UHGV virus genome: UHGV-0335613
Origin: a virus
Direction: 5' to 3' (one strand)
Length of the DNA: 39,375 nt
Position 1 is the first letter of the stretch. The number at the start of each line of letters is the position of its first letter. The notes under the pieces are model-generated. The model had not been told where the DNA came from. It made no database searches and saw only the letters and a list, made by a program, of their open reading frames with translations. The translations under genes and the position numbers were made by a program. Shown here piece by piece: positions 1-11,800 of this stretch.

Positions 1-28
1 ATAAGATAAAGCAAAGGAGATACGAAAA

Positions 29-454
29 ATGAAAAAATACAACTTATCAAAAATTATGAAAAGAGCATGGGAACTGGTAAAGAAAACATCCTTCGGAATC
101 TCCGAAGCTTTAAAGAAAGCATGGAAAGAAGCGAAAATGGGAGGAACAAAAATGACAGGAACAGAGAAACAGATCAGTTTTGCAAACGATCTGATCAAAA
201 AAATGAACGAGCAGTTTGATGCTCTGATCGCAGAGTGCAAGGCAAAATATCCGGAAAGCGTGAGCATGTGGGAATCTCGCAAGGAAGAATACAACAGAAT
301 CCTTTCCGAATCTGATGCCGGACTCGTAATTGATCTGCTGAAGTGGAACAATGAAACAGCTTACATGAAATACTACCAGAGACTTATGTTTGATCTTAAA
401 CACGAACGCAATACAATGTGCAGAAGAATTTTAAGTGAAGTTTACGGAAAATAA
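29..454 (+). CDS. Hypothetical helical protein (moron gene A), 141 aa, repeated KRAWELVKK/LKKAWKEAK motifs
   Basis: ORF preceded by RBS aaaggagatacgaaaaATG. It is the first gene of a + strand operon running opposite to the phage late genes. Confidence 0.5.
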   Translation: MKKYNLSKIMKRAWELVKKTSFGISEALKKAWKEAKMGGTKMTGTEKQISFANDLIKKMNEQFDALIAECKAKYPESVSMWESRKEEYNRILSESDAGLVIDLLKWNNETAYMKYYQRLMFDLKHERNTMCRRILSEVYGK

Positions 455-532
455 TTACAAGAAAGACATTGTAGCAAGACGCAAGTGATGTATATGCTGA
501 CCTATCGGCTACGGGGAGAAAGAGGTAGAAAA

Positions 533-826
533 ATGAAAATCAATGGAATCGGAACAATTAAAAAAGAAGAAGCAATGAAGATTTTAACGAGAGAAGGAAG
601 GGAGGCAGTTAAATCTGGGGAAATTACAACTGAAGAGCTTGGACGCATGTATAAGCTGGAAATGGTTAAGAAATTATCTAAAATCGGAAAATACGGTTGT
701 ACGTTTGCCGAAAATTATAATAGAGTGCCGCAAGAAATCGCCGATAAGTTATCACCGGAAGAGATTGCCGAATTAGTAGATAGTTTTTATGATTGCTATA
801 GTGATGGGAGAAAGAGGGGTGAATAG
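533..826 (+). CDS. Hypothetical acidic protein (moron gene B), about 97 aa from the internal ATG
   Basis: ORF 485..826. RBS agaggtagaaaaATG at 533. Its stop lies 1 nt before the start of the downstream HTH gene. Confidence 0.45.
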   Translation: MKINGIGTIKKEEAMKILTREGREAVKSGEITTEELGRMYKLEMVKKLSKIGKYGCTFAENYNRVPQEIADKLSPEEIAELVDSFYDCYSDGRKRGE

Positions 827-827
827 A

Positions 828-1031
828 ATGAGGGAACATTTAAGCAGCGTGCAAAGATTAAGAAAGGCTACAGGGCTAACGCAACAAGAACTTGCCAATA
901 AGACTGGTATTAACATTCGGCAGATACAGAAATACGAGTACGGAGAGTACGATACCGGAAAAATGATGCTCAGGAACGCAATTGCTCTGGCAGATGCGCT
1001 GGAATGCGATGTACGGGAATTGATCAGATAA
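828..1031 (+). CDS. Small XRE-family helix-turn-helix protein (68 aa), Cro/Aca/antitoxin-like
   Basis: HTH motif GLTQQELANKTGINIRQIQKYE. RBS gggagaaagagggGTGaatagaATG. It is the terminal gene of the operon. Confidence 0.6.
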   Translation: MREHLSSVQRLRKATGLTQQELANKTGINIRQIQKYEYGEYDTGKMMLRNAIALADALECDVRELIR

Positions 1032-1221
1032 AAAGAAAAGGATAAGCATTAAGCCTATCCCTATCTTTTAGCTATTTAAAGCTACTTCTAATATTTCAAT
1101 CCGCGAAACTGTGATTTGCTCAGTCTCCGCAATACAGAGCATCATCTGTATTGGACAGTTTTATAATACCACATTTGTACGGGTGTGTAAATACATTAGT
1201 AGTAATTGCGTGGAAATTTCA

Positions 1222-1250
1222 CCCCTCAGAGATTTAATCTCCGAGGGGAT
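1222..1250. terminator. Bidirectional intrinsic terminator between convergent operons
   Basis: Perfect hairpin cccctcagagatttaatctccgagggg followed by attttta. It lies between the + operon end (1031) and the minus amidase end (1256). Confidence 0.6.
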
Positions 1251-1255
1251 TTTTA

Positions 1256-2062
1256 TTAAATAGATGTGGTCTCTTTACTGTAAATTACCGACATGAGCCT
1301 TGCATACCATGGCGCTTTAGGACTCCACTTGTAACACGGAATGTCTTTACCATTGTTGTCCTTGTAAATCTTCTGGATGATTTTTAATTCGTCTGGATGA
1401 CCCAATGTTATTACTTTTTGACCGTCAAAATAATACACTGCACCTTTTCCCTCTACTGTAAATAAACATTTCATCTCTTCTTCTCCTTCCTGTTCGATTC
1501 CTGTATTCTGGTTATTTTTTTGTTCGCTGCATGCAGACGCTCTACTGTCAATCGCCTTTGCAATCAGCTCCGCAATTCCTTTTGTACCTAAATTTCGATA
1601 TCTGGCCACATCACCTGTGCCAGTGCAGAATAATGTCTCCACGATCATGCCAGGCATATTAGATACATTCAGATCATGGTATCCCGAACTGTACTTTACA
1701 CCACGGTTAGCAAATCCTTTATTTGCGAAATTCTGGCAGATATTGCTTGCGATCGTGTTCATTGTCTGGTTAGATGCATCGTATAACCACACCTCTGTGC
1801 CGCCCGCTGACGCCGCTCCTGCCGCATTCATGTGCAAGGTGACATAGATATCGCACCCCGCACTATTCGCCTTATTTGTGCCGTCAGACAGCTCACCAGA
1901 CACATTGGATGCGTTGGAATTACAATCAACCACAGTATGACCGACAGCCTGCAACATTGGTGCAAGCTCATTGTAGATTTTCCGCACTTCTGCCTGCTCA
2001 TCGATCAGACCGATTGCACCTTTACAATTCGGGGAGTGTCCTCCCCTTAAGCCAATTTTCAT
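1256..2062 (-). CDS. Endolysin: N-acetylmuramoyl-L-alanine amidase (Amidase_3/CwlA-like) with a C-terminal putative cell-wall-binding domain
   Basis: N-terminal MKIGLRGGHSP…DIYVTLHMNAAG is typical of Amidase_3. It is the last gene of the lysis cassette. Confidence 0.9.
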   Translation of the reverse strand: MKIGLRGGHSPNCKGAIGLIDEQAEVRKIYNELAPMLQAVGHTVVDCNSNASNVSGELSDGTNKANSAGCDIYVTLHMNAAGAASAGGTEVWLYDASNQTMNTIASNICQNFANKGFANRGVKYSSGYHDLNVSNMPGMIVETLFCTGTGDVARYRNLGTKGIAELIAKAIDSRASACSEQKNNQNTGIEQEGEEEMKCLFTVEGKGAVYYFDGQKVITLGHPDELKIIQKIYKDNNGKDIPCYKWSPKAPWYARLMSVIYSKETTSI

Positions 2063-2148
2063 TCTTTCTCTTCCTCCTGCTCTTCTGTTTCAAATGCTTT
2101 TTCCAGTTCCTCTACGGATGCTCTGCCAAATTCGTTCTGTTCGCTCAT
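2059..2148 (-). CDS. Small acidic ORF (29 aa, MSEQNEFGRASVEELEKAFETEEQEEEKE) between holin and amidase
   Basis: Strong RBS aaggaggtgagaacATG. Its TGA overlaps the amidase ATG (ATGA). It is below the ORF-track size cut-off. Confidence 0.25.
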   Translation of the reverse strand: MSEQNEFGRASVEELEKAFETEEQEEEKE

Positions 2149-2214
2149 GTTCTCACCTCCTTGTGCGACGTCGCACAATAAAAGAGAGCCTGTTTCCAAG
2201 CTCTCTGAAATTAC

Positions 2215-2463
2215 CTACTTATATGTAAGTGCCCTCTCTGAATCTCTTGTTCCAGGTGTTGTTGGGTCTACCACTACACCAAGGATCGCCAGAATCGCAA
2301 AGAGTGCATTGATTACAGTCAATAACTTATCTCCAAGGTCTCCAAGGTCGATGGTAAGACCAAACACTGCCGCAATTGCCTGTATCAACAGTAAGATTGC
2401 CGGGATCAGCGCTACCCAGAAAGCCTTGTTTTTAATTCTTACAATCCAGTTAATCTTCTTCAT
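2215..2463 (-). CDS. Phage holin (two predicted TM helices, 82 aa)
   Basis: Hydrophobic helices WVALIPAILLLIQAIAAVFG and ALFAILAILGVVV with a charged C-terminus. It lies immediately upstream of the endolysin. Confidence 0.8.
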   Translation of the reverse strand: MKKINWIVRIKNKAFWVALIPAILLLIQAIAAVFGLTIDLGDLGDKLLTVINALFAILAILGVVVDPTTPGTRDSERALTYK

Positions 2464-2478
2464 TTTTCATTCTCCTTT

Positions 2479-2760
2479 TTACAAATACATTGCTACTACA
2501 GCCCCGATCACGGCTCCGATCAGTGCTGTCACGACCCCATCCCACCGTTTGGCTGGTGTCTGCTCCAGATGCGTCACTTTTGCGGTTAACTGCACCAGCG
2601 TCTGGTTCATAAAGCCAACCTCTTTGGTCAACCCCACCATTTCCTGTGCTAATTGATGTACCACGCTCACAACGTCCTCTGCTTCTTTCATTCGATGCTT
2701 TAATGAGCCGATTTCTTTTCCGTGCTCTGCAAGTTTCACTTCTACTTCATTTTCTGTCAT
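2479..2760 (-). CDS. xhlA: Hemolysin XhlA-family protein (lysis-associated), C-terminal TM
   Basis: N-terminal coiled region LAEHGKEIGSLKHRMKEAED and C-terminal TM ALIGAVIGAVVAMYL. RBS ggagggaaaacATG. The start is set at the internal Met. Confidence 0.7.
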   Translation of the reverse strand: MTENEVEVKLAEHGKEIGSLKHRMKEAEDVVSVVHQLAQEMVGLTKEVGFMNQTLVQLTAKVTHLEQTPAKRWDGVVTALIGAVIGAVVAMYL

Positions 2761-2836
2761 GTTTTCCCTCCGGTTTTTTAAGTATAAAAATAAGACCATC
2801 ACGGTCTTGCTCTAATCTCCATATTCGCTCCTTTAA

Positions 2837-5800
2837 TCAATCATCTGTAATCCACGTGAACGTTGCGTGACGTTCTGTCCATGCGGCATTCTCCACATAA
2901 ATCTTGATCCCCCCATCTTTTCCTATGCCGTATCTTCCCGTTCCAAATATGTTAGGTCCTGAAACTTCACTATAGGGAGCAAAGAAATCCATAACCGGTC
3001 GATATCCTACTGGAATTTTCACTTCGTTGAATACCCCGTATTCGCCACTTCCCGGAAATTGTGCAATCATTGTGATCTTGCATGTTACCATACATCCTCT
3101 TCTTTTTAGTTCCACACGGATGTTATTAGCGGAGTTTGTGCTTGTATATGGACCTTTCACGGTGCCGGAGTCGTAATTGCGATACGCATATATGCTTATA
3201 CGTGGGGATACAGAATTTCTTGCATATATCATTTCATCCTCAAACTGGATTGTCGTTGCTTTTCTCGTATTTTCATTTGTAAACATGATGTTTTGCAAGT
3301 TCACGCTCATAGTAGCTCGATCTGTTGCCAGAGCCTTACCAGAGAAAGCCAAATACGCATTACTCAATGACGCAACATTTTCCACTGCTCCTTGCACGAT
3401 TTTCTTGCTAATAATCTTTCCGGATGTAACATCGATAAGCATTGTTCCATTCTTATCCTTAATAAGTCCGGCAGTTACAGTTCCAAGATCTGCCGCTATC
3501 GCACTTAAAGTCTGTGCGTTTAAGTTATCAACAGAAATATAATGGATCACCCACCTACTTCCATCCCACCGCTTGATCGGCTGACCGGATGCTGTCTGCC
3601 ATAACTGGCCAACTTTAGGATTTGACGGAGCCGTAGAAGATACAATTATGCCACTTGGTCCTGTTGCTCCTGTAGCACCGGTCGCTCCCTTATCACCATA
3701 TGCTCCGATGATACATGGTGCTGATTGATACGTGCTACCATTTGTATAGGTAACAACTTCATAATTCCACAGATATTTTTTTGACGCCGTTATTGCTTGT
3801 ACAGTTGTAGTCCATCCTGATGTGGACGCCGACACACCGCTTCCGCTTGCCGTTGCAAGATAATAATTCGTGATAGACTTTATTCCGTTTCCAGTTACCC
3901 CTTGTGGTCCCGTTGCACCAGTTGCCCCCTGCGGTCCTTTCGGGCCAGTCGCTCCTTGTGGCCCCTGGGGACCTGTTGCACCTGCATTCCCTTGAGGTCC
4001 TTGTGGACCGGTAGCTCCTGTTGCTCCTTTGTCTCCGTATATCCCGATTATTTTTGGTGTAGTGGTCGCTGTCGTATTATCTGTAAACGTAAATTTTTCA
4101 TAGTTCCACAAGTATTTATTTGTTGCTGTCATCGTCGGAACTGATGTACTCCAACCGCTTGACGCTGTTGTAATTCCTGTTTTTGCGGAAGAAATCAAAT
4201 AATATTCTGTAATAGTTTTTATCCCTCTTCCTGATGTCCCCGCCGGCCCTTGTGGTCCATTATCACCTTGAGGTCCCGTTGCTCCCTGCGCGCCCTGTTT
4301 CGATTTCGAAACCGTAAACCGTCTTGTGATAGAATTTCCGTTGTATGTTACTTTAATGTCAACCCATCCGTTATCCGTAGATAGAGCGGATACCTTGTAA
4401 GTACGTGTACTTAAATCCCATGTACCAGCAATTCCGGAAGATTTTGTTACGGTGTAAGTAGCGACTTTTGAAACGTCCTGTGCGCCGTTGTAAACCTGCA
4501 CTTTTGTAGAGCAATCTATAAAGTTTCCACCGTTTCCGTTTGTGTCTGTTGCTACTGTTTGGGAATCGTTGGACAATGTTACTACTAAAGTTTCTATGTC
4601 CTCAGGAGCGGGAGACCAGTCTGTGGCTTTATTACCCTTTTCAAGTTTGATATTTCGAATTCTCCATTTTTTACCCACTTCATTATTTGATAACATGAAA
4701 TCTATTTTTCCATTTAAAGATGTAGATGGATATTTTAATTTCAATGAATATTTTGCAGGCGTTTTGTTAATTGTTTGATTTTGATCTGGAGTACCAAAAT
4801 CTGTTTCTAACACAGCAGTTTCAGCAACAGTGTCTACCAGATACGCTTCGTAACTCACTATGTATTCAACATTTTTTTCTGGTATAAATTCTTGAACAAA
4901 TCCAGACCATGTCCCACCAATCGTAACTTCACACCATCCATTAACCATCTGGAGAGATTTTGTATTACTACCTTTAATCCAATGGTTAAAAGTATTAAAC
5001 CCTGTGTTTAATAGTAAATTCCTACCGCCAATCTCCAAATTATCCACATCCGTAAGCACAACAACACTCTGCGTATCCAAAGCATTTATAGTCCCGTCTG
5101 CGCTGTAAAGCGTGCAGCGGAGTATTTTCGCAGTTGCAGTCGGTGTATACTCCTTTGCACTTTCGTTCGCAGATGAGGTGTATTTCACGGAGTATGATGT
5201 TCCGTTGGTTGACTCTTCGATTTTAAATCTACCATTATATGGTATCCTTGTCACACTGTCTCCATCTCGATAAAACGACCGGAATGTTATTTTAGATGGT
5301 GTTAAAGCTCCGTCTGCACCTTTTTTAATAGCGGTATCGGACGCTTCCAGGATGTAGCTTCTTGAGTTTGTTCCGTCTTTTCCATTTTCGCCTTTGATCT
5401 TTGTCCATGTATATTTCGTAGCATCTGTACTATCTGCCTGTGTATAATCTGTATACTGCCCGATATAGAGCTTATTTGTACCATCCGTGGTGGAAAATCC
5501 CGTCTTGCCATCTGCGCTGTTTGCATAGGCGATATGTAGATATGGGGTCTTTCCATCAGCTCCCGGCTTTCCGGGTGTTCCAATCGCCCCATCTGCGCCT
5601 TTGATCTTACTCCATGCATATTTTGTCGGGTCTGCGCTGTCATTTTGCGTAAAATCAACATACATTCCGATATATTCCCGATTACTGTCGGATACAGAAA
5701 AATCTTTAGACCCATCTGCGCTGTTTGCATAAGCAATGTGGGTGTACTGTGTTTTTCCGTCCTTCCCATCTTTTCCCGGGATTCCCTGATCCCCTTTTGG

Positions 5801-7342
5801 ACCCTGTATACCTTCCAATCCCGGAGCGCCTTGTGGACCCGGAGGTCCCTGTTCGCCTTGCTCTCCTTTCTCACCTTGCGGACCCTGTTCTCCGTCTTTT
5901 CCATCCTCTCCATCCATTACATCCGTGATCGTAACCTCGTAATACCCTCTACGCACGCCGTTTTCAAACGCCGTAAAAGAGTACACTACTTTTACATCCA
6001 CATCCTCTGCATTAACCGTAACGCTCTTACCAACGTAAAACTCTGTCCCATCTTTACTCCACCGGATTTCCAGATTTCCTGTGACGTCCACGCCGTTATC
6101 GTAAGCGTAAGCGGTCAGAGTAGTGCTACCGATGCCATTTTTAAAAATAATGCCGTTGTTTGTTGAGATAGAGCAAGTATAAACCTTATTTTTATTAATA
6201 AGGTCTTGCATCCTCTGTAATAAGCTGTCCGAAATTTCCGATGTCAGCTCTTTGTAGTTTGTAAATACCGTCTTTGCAGTTTTTGGATTGGTAAGACTCC
6301 TGATCTGTTCTGATACTCTTGCCTGTAGATAAAGGACTGGTGTCCACTCCTGATCCTGCATCCTTACCGTATCCCCGATGTTGGTGTCAAAATATCCGTC
6401 CACCTCGTAAGTCACCACCGGTTCAGATGCTGTTTTAAGATCAGACAGAGCCATGCTATAGAGCTTGTCCTTGCTGTCTGTATCGTACTCTTTACGCATC
6501 AGGATATAAGCATCAGCCTTATTTACGATGTTGGATGGGAACCGGTCCCTTGCCTGCGGTGCGCGGATGATCGCACCGTCTGTAAAGTACTCGATATTGC
6601 CGTTTTCATCGTATTCTTTCTTGTCAAGACCATTGATTGTCAGACCGTCCTTTCCGGTCGGCTGGATGCAGGTGTAAAGCTTCTCGGCATCTGTGGTTTT
6701 TCGAATTCCGGTAATTCCTTTCCCGTACCGCAGTACAATGTCATTCCGGTATTCTCCGACTCCGCTGTCTGTATCGGAGTGTTTCCGATATACATTTAGG
6801 ACAATCTCTTTTAAAGAGTAGTCTCTGTTCAGTACTGTCTCAAATTCGATCTCCGCAGAAAAGACATTAGCCAGGGAGAATAATCTCTTTAATACGGACG
6901 TTGTACCGGTCCATTCGTTGGTAATCCGTTTGTCCGACACCTCATTGAGTCCCAATTTTAGTGTTCTCTCAGCATCAAAAATAGCGAGGTACTCTTCAAA
7001 GCTCATTGCTTTTCCGGCTTTGTATTCGCCGGCATCCTCGTTTATAAGCTCAAATGACAGAGACCATGCCGTAGCGGTAATTATCTTCTCCGTCTGATCG
7101 GTATTTACAATATTTAAGTAGTAAGATTTACCCTTGTGTGTAAAGGCTACCTTGTTTCCGACTGTAACATGTTCTGCGTCTGGATGTTTTGCGTTTACCG
7201 TAAAAGTATAGGTATTCGCTGCTCCCTGTAAGTATTCGTGTAGCTCATCACCCCAGTAGTGCATGGACTTTTTGTGCGCATTATCCATAAACGCTACAGG
7301 CGTGTTATTTGCACTTAAAATCGCAATTCTAATGCTGTCCAT
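2837..7342 (-). CDS. Tail-associated fibre / receptor-binding protein (1501 aa) with prophage-tail N-terminal domain, four collagen-like Gly-X-Y tracts and tandem internal repeats
   Basis: Position after Dit. Collagen tracts [28 protein letters not shown]…, [38 protein letters not shown]…. Duplicated about 50-aa and about 70-aa modules (YIGxY, KYLWNYE). Confidence 0.85.
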   Translation of the reverse strand: MDSIRIAILSANNTPVAFMDNAHKKSMHYWGDELHEYLQGAANTYTFTVNAKHPDAEHVTVGNKVAFTHKGKSYYLNIVNTDQTEKIITATAWSLSFELINEDAGEYKAGKAMSFEEYLAIFDAERTLKLGLNEVSDKRITNEWTGTTSVLKRLFSLANVFSAEIEFETVLNRDYSLKEIVLNVYRKHSDTDSGVGEYRNDIVLRYGKGITGIRKTTDAEKLYTCIQPTGKDGLTINGLDKKEYDENGNIEYFTDGAIIRAPQARDRFPSNIVNKADAYILMRKEYDTDSKDKLYSMALSDLKTASEPVVTYEVDGYFDTNIGDTVRMQDQEWTPVLYLQARVSEQIRSLTNPKTAKTVFTNYKELTSEISDSLLQRMQDLINKNKVYTCSISTNNGIIFKNGIGSTTLTAYAYDNGVDVTGNLEIRWSKDGTEFYVGKSVTVNAEDVDVKVVYSFTAFENGVRRGYYEVTITDVMDGEDGKDGEQGPQGEKGEQGEQGPPGPQGAPGLEGIQGPKGDQGIPGKDGKDGKTQYTHIAYANSADGSKDFSVSDSNREYIGMYVDFTQNDSADPTKYAWSKIKGADGAIGTPGKPGADGKTPYLHIAYANSADGKTGFSTTDGTNKLYIGQYTDYTQADSTDATKYTWTKIKGENGKDGTNSRSYILEASDTAIKKGADGALTPSKITFRSFYRDGDSVTRIPYNGRFKIEESTNGTSYSVKYTSSANESAKEYTPTATAKILRCTLYSADGTINALDTQSVVVLTDVDNLEIGGRNLLLNTGFNTFNHWIKGSNTKSLQMVNGWCEVTIGGTWSGFVQEFIPEKNVEYIVSYEAYLVDTVAETAVLETDFGTPDQNQTINKTPAKYSLKLKYPSTSLNGKIDFMLSNNEVGKKWRIRNIKLEKGNKATDWSPAPEDIETLVVTLSNDSQTVATDTNGNGGNFIDCSTKVQVYNGAQDVSKVATYTVTKSSGIAGTWDLSTRTYKVSALSTDNGWVDIKVTYNGNSITRRFTVSKSKQGAQGATGPQGDNGPQGPAGTSGRGIKTITEYYLISSAKTGITTASSGWSTSVPTMTATNKYLWNYEKFTFTDNTTATTTPKIIGIYGDKGATGATGPQGPQGNAGATGPQGPQGATGPKGPQGATGATGPQGVTGNGIKSITNYYLATASGSGVSASTSGWTTTVQAITASKKYLWNYEVVTYTNGSTYQSAPCIIGAYGDKGATGATGATGPSGIIVSSTAPSNPKVGQLWQTASGQPIKRWDGSRWVIHYISVDNLNAQTLSAIAADLGTVTAGLIKDKNGTMLIDVTSGKIISKKIVQGAVENVASLSNAYLAFSGKALATDRATMSVNLQNIMFTNENTRKATTIQFEDEMIYARNSVSPRISIYAYRNYDSGTVKGPYTSTNSANNIRVELKRRGCMVTCKITMIAQFPGSGEYGVFNEVKIPVGYRPVMDFFAPYSEVSGPNIFGTGRYGIGKDGGIKIYVENAAWTERHATFTWITDD

Positions 7343-8826
7343 TACAAGTATACCTCCCTTATTTTTGCTTTAATCTGCGGCGGCGGAGAGGAGAAAGAAG
7401 AGTAGCAGAACTGAACTTCCGTTGTTCCGGGTGGAACTTTCGGATAATTGGATCCATTAATCTCATCTCCTTTTGCCGGCATCCCGTTTACATAGACCTT
7501 TGTACTCTCTCCGTCTATAGACACCACATCTCCGGCGCGATACCGGTTTGGCACATCCTTATACTTATCGACATTGTCTTTCCGGAACCAGATACTTTTT
7601 AAATAGTTGTGCGTAACCAGCTGATTTCCAAGATCTCTACTTCCCCACTGCCCGATCCAGACCTGTATCTTCTCACACACCATGTCTTTAATCTCCGGGA
7701 TAGTAAAGTAATAATACTGACCGTACCAAAAGATCCGTAGCCTGTCACCCTCTTTTAAAAAATCATTATGACCGCCACCCATCTTCAAATTAAATGGGTT
7801 TCCCTCATAAGCTGTCGGCTGGAAATCCAGTGTCTTGATCTTCTTGTTTTGTGGTGCGAACCAGTCCACATGCGCCGTATTGCCAACCGTATCACTCTTG
7901 TTAATAGACATGGCACATATCACCTTGTTATCTCCAGTCAGGAATGCAATAGTCTGCGCTCCTGTCTGTCCCATCAAGCCGGTTTCGAACCAGTGCTGCG
8001 TGTAACAGTAAAAGTTCTTCGCTCCACGTCTGCCCTCACTGTCCACCGGGATAGTAAGGGTTTTCATTCCACCGTTCCAGTATCCGGATGTTGCTTGTCC
8101 ACCTTTTAATGCCATCACATTGTATCCAGCAACATTCTTGACTTCAAGTGTTCCCTGTGTGGTGTTTTCCGGATTCTGATAAGAGGTCCCGTGATCGTCT
8201 TGAAACAAGCCGTAACCGTTAAACAGTTCTTCGGACGCTTCGTAGTTTTCTCCGTCCGCCTCTTCCTCTTTCCCTAGCTGGATCACTCCGTACTGGCTCA
8301 CAAGTCCGATAAATCCGTTTTCATGATTGTGTGTGATCTCATAGTCCACGTCCGCCCATTCGGTGCCGTTGTTTTGGATGGTGATGGTCTGGTACCCGTC
8401 TTTTTGTACTCCGTCAAAGGAGAATTCTGCGGTAGAGTATGCTACTCCGTCCGGAATGAGCCATGTGATTGTGCCAGTGCTGTACATATCATCCTCTCCC
8501 AGCACCGGTTCCCCATCCACGATTGCTTCATAGTAAATGCTTGGTTCGTCGGAAAAAATCAGTCTCTTTGGTTCTTTACTATACAGAATTTCTGACATTT
8601 TTCTGCGGAACTCACTGAGTTCCCTTGCCGTAGAGTTTGAAATACGAAACTCCATTACAATCTGTTTTGTAGAGTACGTGGAATGCGTAAACTCTCCTCC
8701 ATTTACATTTTCAATGCTCCTTGTATTATTTGTGATGGAAGGTGATAAGTTCCGGTCAAGTCTTGTAATCTTAACCGGAATCTCTACGCCTCCATATGTT
8801 GCTTTAAGCAAGCCCAACTCTCTCAC
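7342..8826 (-). CDS. Distal tail protein (Dit, extended evolved type, 494 aa)
   Basis: Position between tape measure and tail fibre. The start overlaps the TMP stop. It is larger than a classical Dit, suggesting carbohydrate-binding insertions. Confidence 0.7.
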   Translation of the reverse strand: MRELGLLKATYGGVEIPVKITRLDRNLSPSITNNTRSIENVNGGEFTHSTYSTKQIVMEFRISNSTARELSEFRRKMSEILYSKEPKRLIFSDEPSIYYEAIVDGEPVLGEDDMYSTGTITWLIPDGVAYSTAEFSFDGVQKDGYQTITIQNNGTEWADVDYEITHNHENGFIGLVSQYGVIQLGKEEEADGENYEASEELFNGYGLFQDDHGTSYQNPENTTQGTLEVKNVAGYNVMALKGGQATSGYWNGGMKTLTIPVDSEGRRGAKNFYCYTQHWFETGLMGQTGAQTIAFLTGDNKVICAMSINKSDTVGNTAHVDWFAPQNKKIKTLDFQPTAYEGNPFNLKMGGGHNDFLKEGDRLRIFWYGQYYYFTIPEIKDMVCEKIQVWIGQWGSRDLGNQLVTHNYLKSIWFRKDNVDKYKDVPNRYRAGDVVSIDGESTKVYVNGMPAKGDEINGSNYPKVPPGTTEVQFCYSSFSSPPPQIKAKIREVYL

Positions 8827-11800
8827 CTCCTAATAGTTTCTCGAAATCATCCATCTTTTTTATCATCGGTCTTGCATATCCAACCGTCTGCTGTGCGACA
8901 ACTCTTCCGTCCAGCGTCGTTGTCAGATTGATATTTAGATTAATATCCTTTTCGCCCATAATCTCCAAGATTGATTCCTTAATATAGCCTTTTAACGATC
9001 TCAGCGGCGTGATTGCTTCTGCTTCTCTTTCCGCAGCACCACCGATTCCTCCAGACGGCATCTGGAATAATGCTGGTTTCGTAAGGATTCCACCATCTTT
9101 AAACCATTTCACGTCCAACATCGGCAGACTCGGTAATAGATCGGAAAAATTGATATCTCCAATACCATCCTCGTACCCAACTCCACGATAAGCAGCCGCA
9201 AGGCTTCCATACGTAGACACTGCGTACCGGATGGATGCAAGCATATTAGATAGTGGATCGTATATATTTTTGTCATATCCAGCCATCGCATAGGCTCTAA
9301 ATGTTGGGTCAATGACCTGCATGAGTCCCTTAGATGGCGTTCCATTAACTGCGTTGATATCCCAGTTGTTGATCGCATTCGGGTTTCCGCCGGATTCAGT
9401 CTGCATCTGGTACAACAATCTCTGTAAATTTGCTTCGGAATACTGCCCCGTCATCTGTAATGCTCTTATTGCAAGCGTTCTCCACTGCTCCACGCCGGCA
9501 CTCGGATTGTAATTAACGTTCGATTGCGTATCAAAAATTCCTTTCACAAATCCGACCACGCTGTCAAACACCGTATTCACTGCCCCTTTCGCAACGGAAA
9601 TCCAAGGTTCGAATGCTCCAGACAAATCCGTAAATTTATCGATTGCAATCTGCACAATTTTACTCGGGTGCGTGATATAGTCCCACACGCTTCCGGTAAA
9701 GTCTTTAACCGTATCCCAGACACCGCCAAAAAACTCACCGATTCCACTTGCAAAATGCGGAAGTTCTTCCAGAAAACTCTTTGTTTGGTTGGCTGGCATG
9801 ATTTTCGTTCCCTTTTCCAGTGGCAGGACTACGTCACGCCCCTCTGGAATAAATGGTTTTCCATGTGGCGGAACGATCATTTCTTTGTATGTAGAGCCTT
9901 TCTGGTCGTTTACGATACCTAGCGTGTCTTTTGGGATGCCACCAGTTCCTCTTGCAAACTTCGGGACTTCCCACAATGCAAATTGCTTGTCCGATCCTAC
10001 TTTATCAAGCACCCAGTTTACACCATTAATTACGCCATTTACTGCTCCACCTATTGGTTTCACAATTGCGTTCGCAATCCCTTTCACGATTCCTCCAAGA
10101 GTATCCTTGAGATTGTTAAATCCGTCTTTAATAAACTTCCAAACAGAAGAAAAAGCGTCCATAGCTTTCTCTTTGATCGAATCCCATATTCCACCGAGCG
10201 TGCCCTTAATGCTGTTCCAGATTCCAGTTGCAGTATCCTTGATTCCATTCCAGATGCCGGAAAAGAAATTCGCAACAGGGGTGAATATAGCACTTGCGGT
10301 GTCTTTTATCCAATTCCATGCGCTTTTTAATGCAAATTTTATTACTTCCCATACTGTATAAATAACAGCTTGAATCGCGTACATAACCGCACCGATCGTT
10401 CCCTCGATAAATTTCAGAGGTCCTTCTATTACGTTATAAATCTGCTCCCAGATATCAGCAAAGAAATCCTTAATGCCGTTCCACACTCCCTGGATTTTTT
10501 CCGATATAGAGTCCCATAATCCAGACATCCAATCTTTAAATGCATTCCATTTTTCGGACAGCCAGTCTGTGATATCTCCCCAGTTTTTTATTACTGCCAC
10601 AACTGCTGCAACCACTGCAATAATTCCGGCAATAATTCCGGCTACTGGTAATAGCACTCCTGTCAAGAATGCCATTGCACCTCCAGCCGCTGCTATTCCA
10701 CCAGCTACAACCGCAAGAATCGGTAGTAAAGCCGAAATCACCATTGCAATCCCACCGATTACGACTATAATAGTCTTGCTTGTTCCAGAAAGACTGCTAA
10801 ACCACTTTGCAACTTTCTGAATGATAGGAACAAGTGCTTCCAGAATTGGGGCTACTGCTTCTGAAATGGCACTCCCAAACTCAGCCATAGCCAACTTTAC
10901 GTTATTTAGCGCAACCGTTTCTTCGTCAATCGGGTCTAAAGTATTGCTGAAAGTCGTTTCCACAGTCCCCTGACTGTCTGAGGCAGCGCCTCCTAGGTCG
11001 TTCAGGTTTAGAACCCCTCTTTGGATGGCATCTACCATCCTCACAGCACCTTTTGTTCCGAATACCTCGGCGGCGGCGTTTAATGCTTCCGTCTGGTCAG
11101 TCGCATTCAAAATTTTATCCTGCGTTTCTGCCAAACCGTCAGTGAGTGATTTCCCGTCTTTTGCATAATTTACCGCTGCCTTTGATAAGCTGCTTAATGC
11201 GGCAGACCCGTCTACTCCTGCCTGCTCAAATGCCCCCAACAGCTTTACTGAGTCCGAGAAACTCAATCCCAATTCTTGTAGCTGTGGTGCTCCTTCAATC
11301 GCTTTCTGAAATAGATCGTCTACAGATACGCCCGTGTCTTGCGCTGTTTTTGCAACATCATCAAGTACGCTGTCTAGATCATCACTCGACATGTGGAATA
11401 CGCTAATCGCCTGTTTTGCGTTTTGCGTTGATGCTACCACATCGGATCCAGTAATTTCCGAAAACTTCAACATTTTTTCAGATGCATGTTGTAATTTTTC
11501 ATCGGTGAACCCGAACTGCGTATTCATCTCCCCAATTACTTTTCCGATGTTTTCAAGGTTGTCTATCGGAAGGCTGGACGCAATGCTTTTATAGACATTA
11601 TCCATTCCTTCAGCAAGCTTCCCTGTAGCACCTGTCGCTGTTATGATTGCATCAGATCCGGCATCTACCTCATTAAATGCTTCTTTTGCGTTGTCACTAA
11701 ACTCTTTTATCTTCTGCCCTGCATCTGCTATGATTTCAGCGGCTTGCATCATGTTTCCTGCAACAATTCCTTTTCCGATACCGTCCAGTGCTTCTCCTGC

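Noticed and set aside
3177-6166. Several + strand ORFs (for example 3177..3542, 3902..4144, 5645..6166) lie antisense inside the tail-fibre gene. Others lie antisense in the TMP (9789..10361, 10473..10820, 11643..12017).
   Set aside because: They lie wholly within long, well-supported minus-strand genes. They have no RBS and low-complexity translations typical of antisense frames of Gly/Ala-rich genes.
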